DNA of 38,271 nucleotides from Candidatus Bathyarchaeota archaeon (GTDB lineage Archaea > Thermoproteota > Bathyarchaeia > Bathyarchaeales > Bathyarchaeaceae), in the NCBI GenBank assembly GCA_029879825.1, contig JAOUPL010000001.1:1-38271 (forward strand), given 5' to 3'. Positions 1-10,221 of the stretch are shown one piece after another; the stretch's first letter is position 1; each line of letters opens with the position of its first letter. The notes under the pieces are model-generated. The model was not told where the DNA came from. It saw nothing but the letters and a program-made list of their open reading frames with translations, and made no database searches. The position numbers were made by a program, and so were the translations under genes.

Positions 1-51
1 AAATTCTAAGAGAAGCCTTATGTAAGCCTGTTGCGAGAAAGATGTTTGAGA

Positions 52-126
52 GGGGCCGTCGGCTAGCATGGTCTAGGCTCTGAGCCTCGGGCGCTCGGGA
101 CCCCGGTTCAAATCCGGGCGGCCCCA
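52..126 (+). tRNA. tRNA-Pro(CGG), intronless
   Basis: Cloverleaf: acceptor GGGGCCG/CGGCCCC, anticodon arm TGAGC-CT CGG GC-GCTCG, T-arm CCCGG-TTCAAAT-CCGGG. Confidence 0.95.
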
Positions 127-269
127 CATTAAAAAGCAAAATTCTAAGATAAGCGACTAGCTTAGCATCGCAGCCACATGTAATTTTGTATCTTTAGCTT
201 TTAAAAAACCTTTAAAAGCGAGGTTTAGTAATGCAGAGGGGAGTTTTTGTGTTGTATGGGTGAGGGAAA

Positions 270-1877
270 ATGAGTGAGCGAGTTGACAAAAACTCTTCCT
301 ACCTAAACGCCAAATCCACAGTTGGAACAATAACTAGAGTAAAAGATGTGAGCCCAACGAGCGGCATGTGTCCCCTATGCATCAGAGATTGCTCCTTCTT
401 ATGCGAAGTAGGGTTGTCCACTTTCAGGGGAAGGGAAGCTCTTTACCCAGAGCCGGTACAATTTGGATACAGCACAGCCAGCGCTCTAAAGGACTTTCGC
501 CTAGACTGGTCCGACTTCAACATCCAATCAGCTCTCTTCAAAGCCGAGGGAATAGAAGCAGACTCCGACCAGGCGATATTCCAAAACGTAAACGTAGAAA
601 GCAAAGTTGCGGGAATTCAATTGAAAATCCCCATTTTAACAGGAGCCTTCGGATCCACCGAAGTGGCTAGACTAAACTGGGAAGGCTTAGCCATAGGAGC
701 AGCCCTAGCAGGAGTTATCATAACCATTGGAGAAAACGTATGCGGAATGGACTCTGAATCAAAAATCACAAACGGCAAAGTAACCTACTCGAAGGAACTG
801 AAACGTAGAGTTGAAACTTTCCGAAAATTCTGGGACGGAAAATACGGTGACGTTGCCGTTCAAACAAACGTCGAAGACCAAAGACTGGGAGTAGACGTCT
901 ACGCCTTGTCGAAACTGGAAGTAAACATAATCGAGAGAAAGTGGGGACAAGGAGCCAAAGGTATAGGCGGAGAAGTTAGAATAAGAGACTTAGAAGAAGC
1001 CATCATGCTGAAAAAGCGGGGATACTTCCTATTCCCAGACCCCGAAGACAAAACAGTTCAAGAGGCCTTCAAAGACGGAATATTCCAATCCTTCGAGAGA
1101 CACAGTCGAGTTGGCATCCCCACAGAAAAAAGATTTCTAGAAGACATCGACTGGCTGAGAAGCCAAGGAGCCAAACATGTGATCCTAAAGACAGGCGCCT
1201 ACAGACCATCCGCAGTTGCGTTCACAATGAAACTAGCATCCGAAGCCAAAATAGAAGCGGTGACCTTCGACGGCGCCGGAGGCGGAACAGGTATGAGCCC
1301 AGTGCCAATGATGGATGAAATGAGCACTCCAACGGTTTACCTAGAGACTCAGGTTTTGAAATGCGCAGAAATTTTAAGAAAAAAGGGTAGACACGTACCT
1401 GACATAATAATAGCTGGCGGTTTAATAAAAGAGTCACAAATGCTCAAGGCTATAGCGATGAGTAACTTCGGCGAAGGACCCTACGTAAAGGCTGTTTTGA
1501 TGGCGAGGGCACCCCTCCTCGCGGTCATGAAATCGTCATACTTCGCGGAACTGTCTAAAAAAGGTAAGCTACCGAGAGCGTTTGCAGAACGATACGGAAC
1601 AACACCCGACAAATTCTTCATCACAGCGCCTGAACTGAAGGCAACGTATGGAAAAAGGTTCAAGGAAATTCCTTGGGAAGCAGTTGGCCTCTACACATAT
1701 CTGAATGAAAGGATCAAGGTTGGGTTGATGCAGCTGATGGCTGGGGCAAGAAAATGGAAACTGAACCTACTTGACAGAAAAGACCTTGTTGCGCTGAGTG
1801 AAAGAGCGTCGAAGGTAACTGGAATTCCACTAGTGGAAGAAGCAGAGGAAGAAGCCATCGAAAGAATCCTAAGTTAA
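270..1877 (+). CDS. Stand-alone FMN-binding glutamate synthase family protein
   Basis: 535-aa ORF; ERKWGQGAKGIGGE and DGAGGGTGMSP motifs of the GltB FMN domain; N-terminal CxxCxxxCxxxC cluster. Confidence 0.85.
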   Translation: MSERVDKNSSYLNAKSTVGTITRVKDVSPTSGMCPLCIRDCSFLCEVGLSTFRGREALYPEPVQFGYSTASALKDFRLDWSDFNIQSALFKAEGIEADSDQAIFQNVNVESKVAGIQLKIPILTGAFGSTEVARLNWEGLAIGAALAGVIITIGENVCGMDSESKITNGKVTYSKELKRRVETFRKFWDGKYGDVAVQTNVEDQRLGVDVYALSKLEVNIIERKWGQGAKGIGGEVRIRDLEEAIMLKKRGYFLFPDPEDKTVQEAFKDGIFQSFERHSRVGIPTEKRFLEDIDWLRSQGAKHVILKTGAYRPSAVAFTMKLASEAKIEAVTFDGAGGGTGMSPVPMMDEMSTPTVYLETQVLKCAEILRKKGRHVPDIIIAGGLIKESQMLKAIAMSNFGEGPYVKAVLMARAPLLAVMKSSYFAELSKKGKLPRAFAERYGTTPDKFFITAPELKATYGKRFKEIPWEAVGLYTYLNERIKVGLMQLMAGARKWKLNLLDRKDLVALSERASKVTGIPLVEEAEEEAIERILS

Positions 1878-1878
1878 C

Positions 1879-3252
1879 CTATGTTTCCCTTTTCAAAATC
1901 TCTTCTGCGGTGATGACGCCTGAAGCAGACGCTTGGATGAGACCCCTACTTACCCCAGCCCCATCGCCTATCGTAAACAAATTATGAATTTTTGTTTCCA
2001 AGCAATCGCTCAATTCAAGTCTTGAAGAATAGAATTTTACTTCTATGCCATACAGTAGCGTGTCTTTCGAGTATACCCCTGGAGCAACCTGATCCAAAGC
2101 TTGAAGCATTTCACGAATATCTGCTAAGTATCGATAGGGAAGAACAAAGCTGAGATCGCCTGGCGTAGCATTCTTAAGCGTTGGGACAACCAAGCTTCTT
2201 TTTATCCGCTCTTCGGTTGATCGTCTTCCAACTTCGAAGTCACCCAGCCTTTGAACGATCACGCCTCCGCTGAGAAGGTTGGTGAGCCTTGCAAGGTATT
2301 TTCCATAGGCAATGGGTTCCCGGAAGGGCTCTGTGAAAGAAGTGCTGACCAAAATGGCGAAGTTGGTATTTCCAGTTTTCCTCTCAGCGTAACTCTGACC
2401 GTTTACAGTTAATACACCATTGTACGATTCAGTAATGACTTCTCCCAAAGGCGCAACGCAAAACGTTCTCACCTGGTCGTCAAACGACTTAGAATAGTAA
2501 ATAAACTTGGGTTCATACAAAGCCTCTGTTAGTTCCTCCATAATTGAGGCTTGAACCTCAACCCTAACGCCTACATCAACAGGGTTGTTTAACGTTTTCA
2601 AACCCAAAGACTCTGCCTCGAACTTCAACCATTCGGCTCCGCTTCTACCTGGGGCTACAATTACGTATTTCCCATAAAATCTTTCACCCGTTGTAGTCTC
2701 AACTCCTTCAACCCCATCTTTCTTAACCAGAAGGCTTTTCACATCTGTTTTGGTTCGAATATCAACCCTGTCTTTAACGTGACGACGCATTTTGCGGAGG
2801 GTTTGGGCGCACTTTTCGGTGCCCATGTGGCGTACTTTTTGCGGAATAAGCTTCAACCCAGCGAAGGATGCTCTTCGCGCGATTTCATCAATTTTATCGG
2901 GGTCCACTCCATAAAGGTGTTTAATTGCCCCGAACTTCAGATATACGCTGTCCACGTAGTTCACCAAGTCGCCGAGTTTTTCGTTGGTACAATATTCGTT
3001 GAGCCACCCACCAACCTCGGTGGATAGGGTAAGTTTTCCATCGCTGAAGGCGCCGGCGCCGCCCCAGCCCGATAGCAATGAACAAGGGTCACAGTTTAAG
3101 CATCCTAAACCTCTGTTCGCTGGACACTTGCGTTGATTGATGTCTGGACCCTTCTCGATCATAAGAATATTTAATTCCGTTTTGTCAGCCAGTTCAAGAG
3201 CGGAGAAGATTCCAGCCGGACCGGCGCCGACGATTATAACATCAAATTTCAA
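1879..3252 (-). CDS. NAD(P)/FAD-dependent oxidoreductase
   Basis: VIIVGAGPAG Rossmann motif, GWGGAGAFSDGKL, C-terminal GDGAG; TTG start at 3252 chosen because GGAGG lies just upstream (ORF track starts at 3273). Confidence 0.85.
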   Translation of the reverse strand: MKFDVIIVGAGPAGIFSALELADKTELNILMIEKGPDINQRKCPANRGLGCLNCDPCSLLSGWGGAGAFSDGKLTLSTEVGGWLNEYCTNEKLGDLVNYVDSVYLKFGAIKHLYGVDPDKIDEIARRASFAGLKLIPQKVRHMGTEKCAQTLRKMRRHVKDRVDIRTKTDVKSLLVKKDGVEGVETTTGERFYGKYVIVAPGRSGAEWLKFEAESLGLKTLNNPVDVGVRVEVQASIMEELTEALYEPKFIYYSKSFDDQVRTFCVAPLGEVITESYNGVLTVNGQSYAERKTGNTNFAILVSTSFTEPFREPIAYGKYLARLTNLLSGGVIVQRLGDFEVGRRSTEERIKRSLVVPTLKNATPGDLSFVLPYRYLADIREMLQALDQVAPGVYSKDTLLYGIEVKFYSSRLELSDCLETKIHNLFTIGDGAGVSRGLIQASASGVITAEEILKRET

Positions 3253-3453
3253 GAGGCATCCTCCGGAACCCAAAACTACATGTTACAAGTGTAATATATG
3301 TTTTAGCTAGCGGCTCAACCGAAGACTTCTATTAATTTGCAGAGTGAACGGCCAGAAAAGTAGAAGGCTAACAGAGAGGTAAGATGAAACTTTGAAGCAA
3401 CTTTTTTTAAGTCGAATACAATTAAAATGGAGTTTCGTAGGAAGCCATCTAAC

Positions 3454-4506
3454 ATGAAGGCTGGAATAGTTGGTTGCGGAGACGTTTCTGGGCTTCATGT
3501 AAATGCATGGAGAGACATAGGAGCGTCCGTAACCACTGTCTGTGACATAAATGAAAAAACTGCCATGCAATTTGCCAAAAAATGGAGAATCCCTTCTCAC
3601 CATACTAGCTTCTCTGAGATGCTCCAAAGCGAAGACCTTTTCGCTATTTCAATCTGTACTCCTCCCCAATTTCACGCGGATCTAGCTACAGAGGCTCTGG
3701 AGTCTGGATGTCACGTGGTCGTGGAAAAACCCTTCACTGTGACGACTAAGGGGGCGGATAAAGTCATGGATACGCTTCAGAATTCATCATCGAGGCTGAC
3801 GATAATTCATAGCCAACTCTTTGAGCCGTCAATGCTACGTGCAACGAAGCGAATTAAAGCAGGAGACATTGGGCAAATCGTTGGAATGAACGTTGGAATT
3901 TTACACAGCAATGATGAACCAATGGCATCAGATAGAAATCATTGGTGCTATAGACTTCCAGGGGGCAGATTTGGAGAAAACTTACCCCACCCCATATATC
4001 TTCTCCAAGCCGTTCTAGGAAAATTGGAAGTCAAATCCGTTTTCACTGACAAACTGGGCCCTTATCCATGGATGCCCTTCGATGAATTGAGAGTAATTTT
4101 GGAGGCCGATGAGAAAAAGATTGGAACCATTTATATCAGCTTTAACGCTCCAGGGTCCCAGAGAACTGATGTCTATACAGACATCTACGGCACTGGAGGT
4201 GCCGTGCAAGCCGGAATCTACCCTATTAGCAGTTTAATTGCAACGAAGCCCGGACGCGGAATATGGCTCGCCGAGAATGTCGTTGACCAGATCAAAATAG
4301 GGCTTTCATACTTGAGCACCATCTTAGCTAAACAGAGAGGACCCAGAAGTTTTAGCACTGCGCATGCAATGATTATCAGGTCATTTGTGGAAAGCATCTG
4401 TGGTAACGGAGAACCACTAGTCACCCCTGAAATGGGATATGAAACCGTGCATGTCGTTGAACAGATATGTAGACAAATAGATAAGACCTCAGTTTCTAAG
4501 AATTAA
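3454..4506 (+). CDS. Gfo/Idh/MocA family oxidoreductase
   Basis: GIVGCG NAD-binding motif, ICTPPQFH, HVVVEKP. Confidence 0.88.
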   Translation: MKAGIVGCGDVSGLHVNAWRDIGASVTTVCDINEKTAMQFAKKWRIPSHHTSFSEMLQSEDLFAISICTPPQFHADLATEALESGCHVVVEKPFTVTTKGADKVMDTLQNSSSRLTIIHSQLFEPSMLRATKRIKAGDIGQIVGMNVGILHSNDEPMASDRNHWCYRLPGGRFGENLPHPIYLLQAVLGKLEVKSVFTDKLGPYPWMPFDELRVILEADEKKIGTIYISFNAPGSQRTDVYTDIYGTGGAVQAGIYPISSLIATKPGRGIWLAENVVDQIKIGLSYLSTILAKQRGPRSFSTAHAMIIRSFVESICGNGEPLVTPEMGYETVHVVEQICRQIDKTSVSKN

Positions 4507-4652
4507 CGCGCGCGTAATAGTTTATGACGTTAATAAATTGTTTATCTCGTTTATTATATCATCTTGAAGACTTTTCACGGTCTAGGCTTATCTGCAGGAG
4601 GCAACATTAGAGTTTTTAAGAGGCACTTAATTAGTGATTTGAGGGTTTCTGG

Positions 4653-5828
4653 ATGAGAACTCTAGACGGAGTCAGAGTATTAGACCTAACTAGGCTGTTG
4701 CCTGGAGGCTATTGCACAATGATACTGGGCGATATGGGAGCCGAAGTCATTAAGGTTGAAGAACCTAGCTTAGGCGACTACATACGTTGGGTGCCCCCGC
4801 TCATAAAGGGTCAAAGTGTCTCTCACCTAATGCTGAACAGGAACAAGAAAAGTCTGAAACTGAACCTGAAGTCTGAGAAGGGCAAAGAGGTTTTCTATAA
4901 GTTAGTGGAAAGGTCCGATGTAGTTATCGAATGCTTCAGACCAGGAGTTGTCAAAAGACTCGGCATCGATTACGAGTCTGTCATTAAGGTTAACCAACGC
5001 ATAGTTTATTGTTCAATGTCTGGCTATGGTCAGGATGGACCCTATAGAGACTTGCCAGGACACGATGTAAACTACATAGGCTATGGGGGGGTCCTTGGCA
5101 TAACCGGCCAATCCGGTGAGACTCCTGTAATACCAGGCGTTCAAATCGCGGACTTGACCACGGGCCTTATGACGGTTATGGCGATACTCGCTGCCCTCTT
5201 GGCGCGAGAGAAAATGGGAAGAGGGCAATACATTGACGTATCCTTCCTTGATGTTGTCGCTTCTCTGATAGTCTTACCTGCAGCCTTCTATGTTGGTGAC
5301 GGAAGGCCCCCGAAACGTGGCGAGTGGTTGTTGAATGGTGGTTTTCCCTGCTATAACGTCTATGAGGCCAAAGATGGGAAGTATATAACCATAGGATGCC
5401 TAGAAGAGGAATTTTGGGCTAGCCTCTGTAGGGCCTTGAACGTAACCGACTTCATCAAATACCAGTATACCACCGACGATGCTAAGCTCAAGGAGATGTT
5501 TCAAACCATCAAGAAAATTTTCAAAAGAAGAACTCTGAGCGAGTGGATTAAGTTTTTGTCAAAGGAGGATGTGCCGTGTGGACCTGTCTTCGACATGGAC
5601 GAGGTGTTCAAGGATCCTCAGATATTGCATAGGAAGATGGTTGTGGAAGTTGAGTATCCAGGCGTGGGCAAAATCAAACAACTCGGCACGCCAATGAAAT
5701 TCTCTGAAACCCCTTGTGAGATTAGGAGTCCCCCTCCATCCTTCGGAGAACACACAGAGGAAATTTTGAAGTGGCTTGGTTACGCTGAGGCAGAAATACT
5801 GAGCATGCAGCAGGAAGGCGTCACGTAA
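4653..5828 (+). CDS. Class III CoA-transferase (CaiB/BaiF, alpha-methylacyl-CoA racemase-like)
   Basis: VLDLTRLLPGGYC, GAEVIKVE, NRNKKSL, FRPGV, GHDVNY motifs. Confidence 0.92.
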   Translation: MRTLDGVRVLDLTRLLPGGYCTMILGDMGAEVIKVEEPSLGDYIRWVPPLIKGQSVSHLMLNRNKKSLKLNLKSEKGKEVFYKLVERSDVVIECFRPGVVKRLGIDYESVIKVNQRIVYCSMSGYGQDGPYRDLPGHDVNYIGYGGVLGITGQSGETPVIPGVQIADLTTGLMTVMAILAALLAREKMGRGQYIDVSFLDVVASLIVLPAAFYVGDGRPPKRGEWLLNGGFPCYNVYEAKDGKYITIGCLEEEFWASLCRALNVTDFIKYQYTTDDAKLKEMFQTIKKIFKRRTLSEWIKFLSKEDVPCGPVFDMDEVFKDPQILHRKMVVEVEYPGVGKIKQLGTPMKFSETPCEIRSPPPSFGEHTEEILKWLGYAEAEILSMQQEGVT

Positions 5829-5908
5829 CGCTAGAAGCTTCGCTACTGAAACGTTGATGATGAGGCTGGGATATGAGGCAACATGCGCCAATGGTCCTCT
5901 ATCTAGTT

Positions 5909-6187
5909 TTAGTCTTTGATGGCTTCGAGGAGACTCATGACATTCCAAAGTTTCACTCTAGTGTAGGGTGGCATGTTAGGGTCTTGCAAGATATCGTCGA
6001 GAATCGATATGGCGCTGGACGCCCTGACGGCTGGAGTGTTTTCCGTCAGCTGAAGCGATTCGATGGACTGCTTTGCAGCCCTTCTTATGTTGCGGGGAGT
6101 TGTGGTGTCTTCGGAAACTAGTCCAAGAACGTTCATGGCTTCTTTTATTCTTTCCTCATATTCCTGCAATTTCTTTTTTCTAACCAT
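5909..6187 (-). CDS. UPF0147 family protein
   Basis: DTTTPRNIRRAA and DPNMPPYTR motifs typical of this small archaeal family. Confidence 0.88.
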   Translation of the reverse strand: MVRKKKLQEYEERIKEAMNVLGLVSEDTTTPRNIRRAAKQSIESLQLTENTPAVRASSAISILDDILQDPNMPPYTRVKLWNVMSLLEAIKD

Positions 6188-6384
6188 ACAGAAGCCTCCG
6201 GCAATATTGCTTCAGCGAGATGCAACCTGTTTGTTCATATGGTATAGACAGGCGCCGATTTATACTGTTTGCGGATTGGCTTAGCCTTTGGCAGTTTATT
6301 CGACTCATAGAGCCTAGGGAGGGGATGGGTATAATTGACACAGAGATTATATTATTTACGTATAACTAAGTTTGTTAAGGGGCT

Positions 6385-6747
6385 TTGAAGTTGCCTAAGG
6401 AGTCGAAGGACATCAAAACCATGGCGGATATGCTTAGGCGGGGTGCCACCCTCACAGAGCATTCCTGTCCAGCCTGTTCTTCACCTCTCTTCAAACTGAA
6501 AAGCGGGGACCTCTGGTGTGTTCAGTGTCAAAAGCGGGTGATAGTGGTGAAGGAAGGAGAGACACCGACAGAGGCCGCGAGCCTGGTACTTCTCACCAGC
6601 CTAGAGTCAACTATCCTAACGAAGATTCAAGAAATAGAAAAAGAAATCAGAGAAGAGAAGGACGCTGAAAAACTGCAGAGACTTGGATCCATCCTATCTA
6701 CGCTACTTGAAAATCTTGAAAGGATAAGAAAGACGAAAAGAACGTAA
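6385..6747 (+). CDS. UPF0148 / autoantigen p27-like zinc-ribbon protein
   Basis: LRRGATLTEHSCPACSSPLF...WCVQC; divergent from UPF0147. Confidence 0.8.
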   Translation: MKLPKESKDIKTMADMLRRGATLTEHSCPACSSPLFKLKSGDLWCVQCQKRVIVVKEGETPTEAASLVLLTSLESTILTKIQEIEKEIREEKDAEKLQRLGSILSTLLENLERIRKTKRT

Positions 6748-6771
6748 TAATCTCAGCAAAAGGCGTGTAGG

Positions 6772-7302
6772 TTGCTAGGGCGTTACGAAAATTTTCCGGA
6801 AGTCATCCACGGTGTTGTTCGATTCACCTGTGAGTCATCAATAAGAAAGGTCCAGCAAACAATTCTCTCCACGCTTCATAATTTAAATCATGAAGCTTGT
6901 GGTTTAAGGGCTGTAACGCCCCATTTGCCACAAGAGTGTGAGGTTAGTTTCGAGCTTGGAGTAGCTGAAGACTTCGATTTCAACTTTTTAGACGAGAAGG
7001 AACTAGATAGGTTTCAGAGAAGCATAGCTGAAAAAGAACTGTCAACACTAGATTTTTTCTTCGTTGTTCGTTACCATGTTGTCAATGACGAGGGGAAACG
7101 AGTTCCATTAAAATTTGATTATCACATGCTCCGCTTCATGTTCCAAGAGAACAGCATGGAGCTGCGGATCTGCCATGAAAGAGGAACCCAACGAGTTCCC
7201 CTAGAAGATTTGATCACTTTTATAACGAAGCGCATAAACGAAGAACTCTCCCAGAGGCAGCTAAAACCGTTAAACTTGGAATATTTGCGAGTTCTCTACT
7301 AA
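6772..7302 (+). CDS. Hypothetical protein
   Basis: 176-aa ORF directly after the zinc-ribbon gene; no motif recognised. Confidence 0.7.
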   Translation: MLGRYENFPEVIHGVVRFTCESSIRKVQQTILSTLHNLNHEACGLRAVTPHLPQECEVSFELGVAEDFDFNFLDEKELDRFQRSIAEKELSTLDFFFVVRYHVVNDEGKRVPLKFDYHMLRFMFQENSMELRICHERGTQRVPLEDLITFITKRINEELSQRQLKPLNLEYLRVLY

Positions 7303-7655
7303 AACAAACCTAGTGTTACCTTTAACATGGCATATGCGCTCGCTGTGCGTCTAGGCTTAACTTTCCCTATTTTTGTCCCTTAACGCGTGCCGATTTGCTG
7401 GTTGCACGTGCCGTCCCATCGGCATTTTGTCCTATTTCGATACGATGCCTTGAAATCGCATTGTCTTTTGAATTTGCAGTTTGGTAGTTTAGATTTCTGG
7501 TTTGACATTGTGGCTTGACGTTGACTCTGACATTTAATATGAGTTATGAATTGCAAATCAGAATTCAAAATCCATTAAGATGCCAAAAGCTCGCGCTAAC
7601 CAGCAAAACCAAGCTTATAACATTATTTTCCTTATCTTATAAGGAGGAGAGAGCT

Positions 7656-8129
7656 ATGCTAACAAAAAAGAAGAGGTGGACGGAGAAATTGGCAGATAGT
7701 AAGGGTCTGCCGAAAGTGGAAAAAATCACTGATAAAATGAGCAAAAGATGGGGCACAGGCACAGTTGTTATCCCCGCGCCGATTGAAGTCGATGAAATGA
7801 TGAGAAAAGTGCCTGAGGGAAAACTTGTTACCATTAATGAAATTCGTGCGGCGCTAGCGAAAAAACACAAGGCAACGATTGGTTGCCCTATGACAACTGG
7901 TATTTTTGCTTGGGTTGCGGCTCATGCTGCTGAAGAACAAAGACAAGAGGGTGAAAAAGATGTTACCCCTTACTGGCGTACCTTGAAAACTGGTGGAGTG
8001 ATAAACGCGAAATATCCCGGCGGAGTCGAAGGACAGAAAAAACTCTTGGAAAAAGAGGGGCATAAAGTAGTTAAAAAAGGCAAAAAACATATCATCGCCG
8101 ATTACGAAACAACGTTGATAAAGCTTTAG
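7656..8129 (+). CDS. MGMT/alkyltransferase-like DNA-binding protein
   Basis: VPEGKLVT HTH region, TPYWR at the PCHR position, QKKLLEKEG; ATG 7656 follows an AAGGAGG site. Confidence 0.75.
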   Translation: MLTKKKRWTEKLADSKGLPKVEKITDKMSKRWGTGTVVIPAPIEVDEMMRKVPEGKLVTINEIRAALAKKHKATIGCPMTTGIFAWVAAHAAEEQRQEGEKDVTPYWRTLKTGGVINAKYPGGVEGQKKLLEKEGHKVVKKGKKHIIADYETTLIKL

Positions 8130-8150
8130 ACTCTTGGCAAGCGCGTCCAA

Positions 8151-8768
8151 TCATACAGATTGGAAATCTCTATAATTTTTCAAAAAGTCGAGGACAACTG
8201 TCAAAATATCTTTTGCCACTTCATTTTTTCTTCTGTTTCCATCAACGGACACAAGCTTTCCCTTCTCTACAAACTTCATGTAAACCTCCCTAACCCTCCT
8301 TTGAGTCCCCAGCCTTTCCATAACCGACTTTTTCCGCCTCATCCTTTTGACTACAACTTCCGGCGGGACATCAATATATATCGCCAAATCCGGGGTAAGA
8401 GCCAACCTGTTAATCTCTTCAATCCATTTAATATCTAATCCCGCTGCCCCTTGATATGCCAAGGACGAGTAGACGTATCTGTCAGAAACCACAATCTTCC
8501 CCTCCTCCAACGCGGGCTTAACCTCTTTCTCCACGTGATCAAACCGATCAACCGCAAATAAGAGGGCTTCCACAACGCTTGGCACCCGCCTCTTCCTCTG
8601 CAGAATATATGTCCTTATGAACCTTCCAATTTCGCCTAGACTCGGCTCAGTGGTGTATAGAGCGTCAAAACCCTCTCTTCGCAGATTTCTTACAAGCCGA
8701 TGGGCATGGGTAGTTTTTCCGCTGGCGTCAAGCCCCTCGATGCAGACGAAAACTCCCTTCTTCTTCAC
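8151..8768 (-). CDS. tmk: Thymidylate kinase
   Basis: EGLDASGKTT P-loop, LLFAVDR, SDRYVYSSLAYQ. Confidence 0.95.
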   Translation of the reverse strand: MKKKGVFVCIEGLDASGKTTHAHRLVRNLRREGFDALYTTEPSLGEIGRFIRTYILQRKRRVPSVVEALLFAVDRFDHVEKEVKPALEEGKIVVSDRYVYSSLAYQGAAGLDIKWIEEINRLALTPDLAIYIDVPPEVVVKRMRRKKSVMERLGTQRRVREVYMKFVEKGKLVSVDGNRRKNEVAKDILTVVLDFLKNYRDFQSV

Positions 8769-8851
8769 CAGTCAGCCCGCCCACTATCCATAATAAATCG
8801 ATTACCTTAATAATAATGCTCAAGATTGACAAGAATAGGAGAAACGTCGCC

Positions 8852-10129
8852 ATGCGACGATACTGGGGCGAAATAAAAGACCCTGTTTATGGGTATGTTT
8901 ACGTTACGGAAGCAGAAAAAGAAATCATCGACTCCTTCCCAGTTCAGAGGCTTCATCGGCTAAGACAACTGGCAGGAGCAGAATTTGTTTATCCAGGCGC
9001 CAACCACACTCGCTTCGAGCACTCCATCGGCGTCATGTACCTAGCCGGCTGTCTCTCAGAGAACCCAAACCTTTCAAGCCACCTCTCAGAAGACGAGAGT
9101 CAAACCATCAGAATAGCCGCCTTACTTCACGACGTAGGCCACGGTCCCTTCTCCCACGTTTTTGAACACCTCCTCGCAAAGTTTCTGAACAAAACCCATG
9201 AAGACATGACCACTTGGATTATCCAAAAATCCGAACTAAGCGACATAATCAAAGGGCTGGGATACGACCCAGATGTTATCGGAAAACTAGCAGTTGGGTC
9301 ACTGCATAAACCGGGCAAGGCTTTCATCGATCAGATCATCCAAAGCTCTGTGGATGTGGACAAACTCGATTTCGTGGTCCGAGACACCTATCACACTGGC
9401 GCAGAATACGGATACGTAGATGTCTTCCGTCTCATCCATATGTTGGACATCCTTGACGAAAACCTTGCGGTTGACTTAGGAGCCCTATCAGCCCTCGAAT
9501 CCTTCATGCTAGCCAGACTGGAATCCTTCAAGAGCATATACTTCCACAGAGTTGCACGAGCAGCGCAAATAATGATTGCAAAGGCCATGGAAGAAGCGAA
9601 AGATGAACTAGGTCTAGTAGACTTCCAGTCACCGGAAGAATATCTGGCCTTAAACGACTACACCGTTTGGGCCATGCTGAGGAAATGCGAAAAATCTAGA
9701 AAGATCATGGGAAACCTAGAAAGACGCAGACTCCTCAAATGCGCCTACGACAGGACTTTCCACGTGAGAGAAAAAACCATGACAAGCATCTTAAGTGTCG
9801 AGGAAATCAGAAACCAAATGAGGGACAAAATCGCCTCAGAGGCAGGAGTTGAAACGCAATCCGTTATGATCGACGTGCCAACACTTCCCTCAGTGCCTTA
9901 CCATCACTCTGTTTTACTAGAACCGATGGAAGTCCCAGTTTTTCAGAAAACTAGGGAAGGAAGAAAAGTTTCTCAACGACTAGGCGACATCTCCGGAGTA
10001 TTCGAAGTTCTCAAAGGATTCATAAACATTCTACGCGTCTACACGGAAGAACAGCATCTTGAAAAGGTGGCTTCAGCTGCGGCGAAACTACTCGGCGGAA
10101 CCCCTTCCTCAGTGACAATATCATACTAG
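8852..10129 (+). CDS. HD-domain phosphohydrolase (SAMHD1/dNTPase-like)
   Basis: QRLHRLRQL, YPGANHTRFEHSIG, LLHDVGHGPFSH, DVDKLDFVVRD. Confidence 0.9.
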   Translation: MRRYWGEIKDPVYGYVYVTEAEKEIIDSFPVQRLHRLRQLAGAEFVYPGANHTRFEHSIGVMYLAGCLSENPNLSSHLSEDESQTIRIAALLHDVGHGPFSHVFEHLLAKFLNKTHEDMTTWIIQKSELSDIIKGLGYDPDVIGKLAVGSLHKPGKAFIDQIIQSSVDVDKLDFVVRDTYHTGAEYGYVDVFRLIHMLDILDENLAVDLGALSALESFMLARLESFKSIYFHRVARAAQIMIAKAMEEAKDELGLVDFQSPEEYLALNDYTVWAMLRKCEKSRKIMGNLERRRLLKCAYDRTFHVREKTMTSILSVEEIRNQMRDKIASEAGVETQSVMIDVPTLPSVPYHHSVLLEPMEVPVFQKTREGRKVSQRLGDISGVFEVLKGFINILRVYTEEQHLEKVASAAAKLLGGTPSSVTISY

Positions 10130-10221
10130 AGGAGGGAGGCTGCATCGACACGGTATGCTTCTTATAAAGTGGAGAAAAGTTAAAACGAGGGAACGGATTA
10201 TTGCATGATGCTCCGGTTTGG

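Noticed and set aside
7380..7655. 62-aa minus ORF and the 47-aa N-terminal extension of the 7515 ORF
   Set aside because: No recognisable family, and a strong AAGGAGG site supports ATG 7656. The small Cys-containing ORF cannot be excluded but is unsupported.
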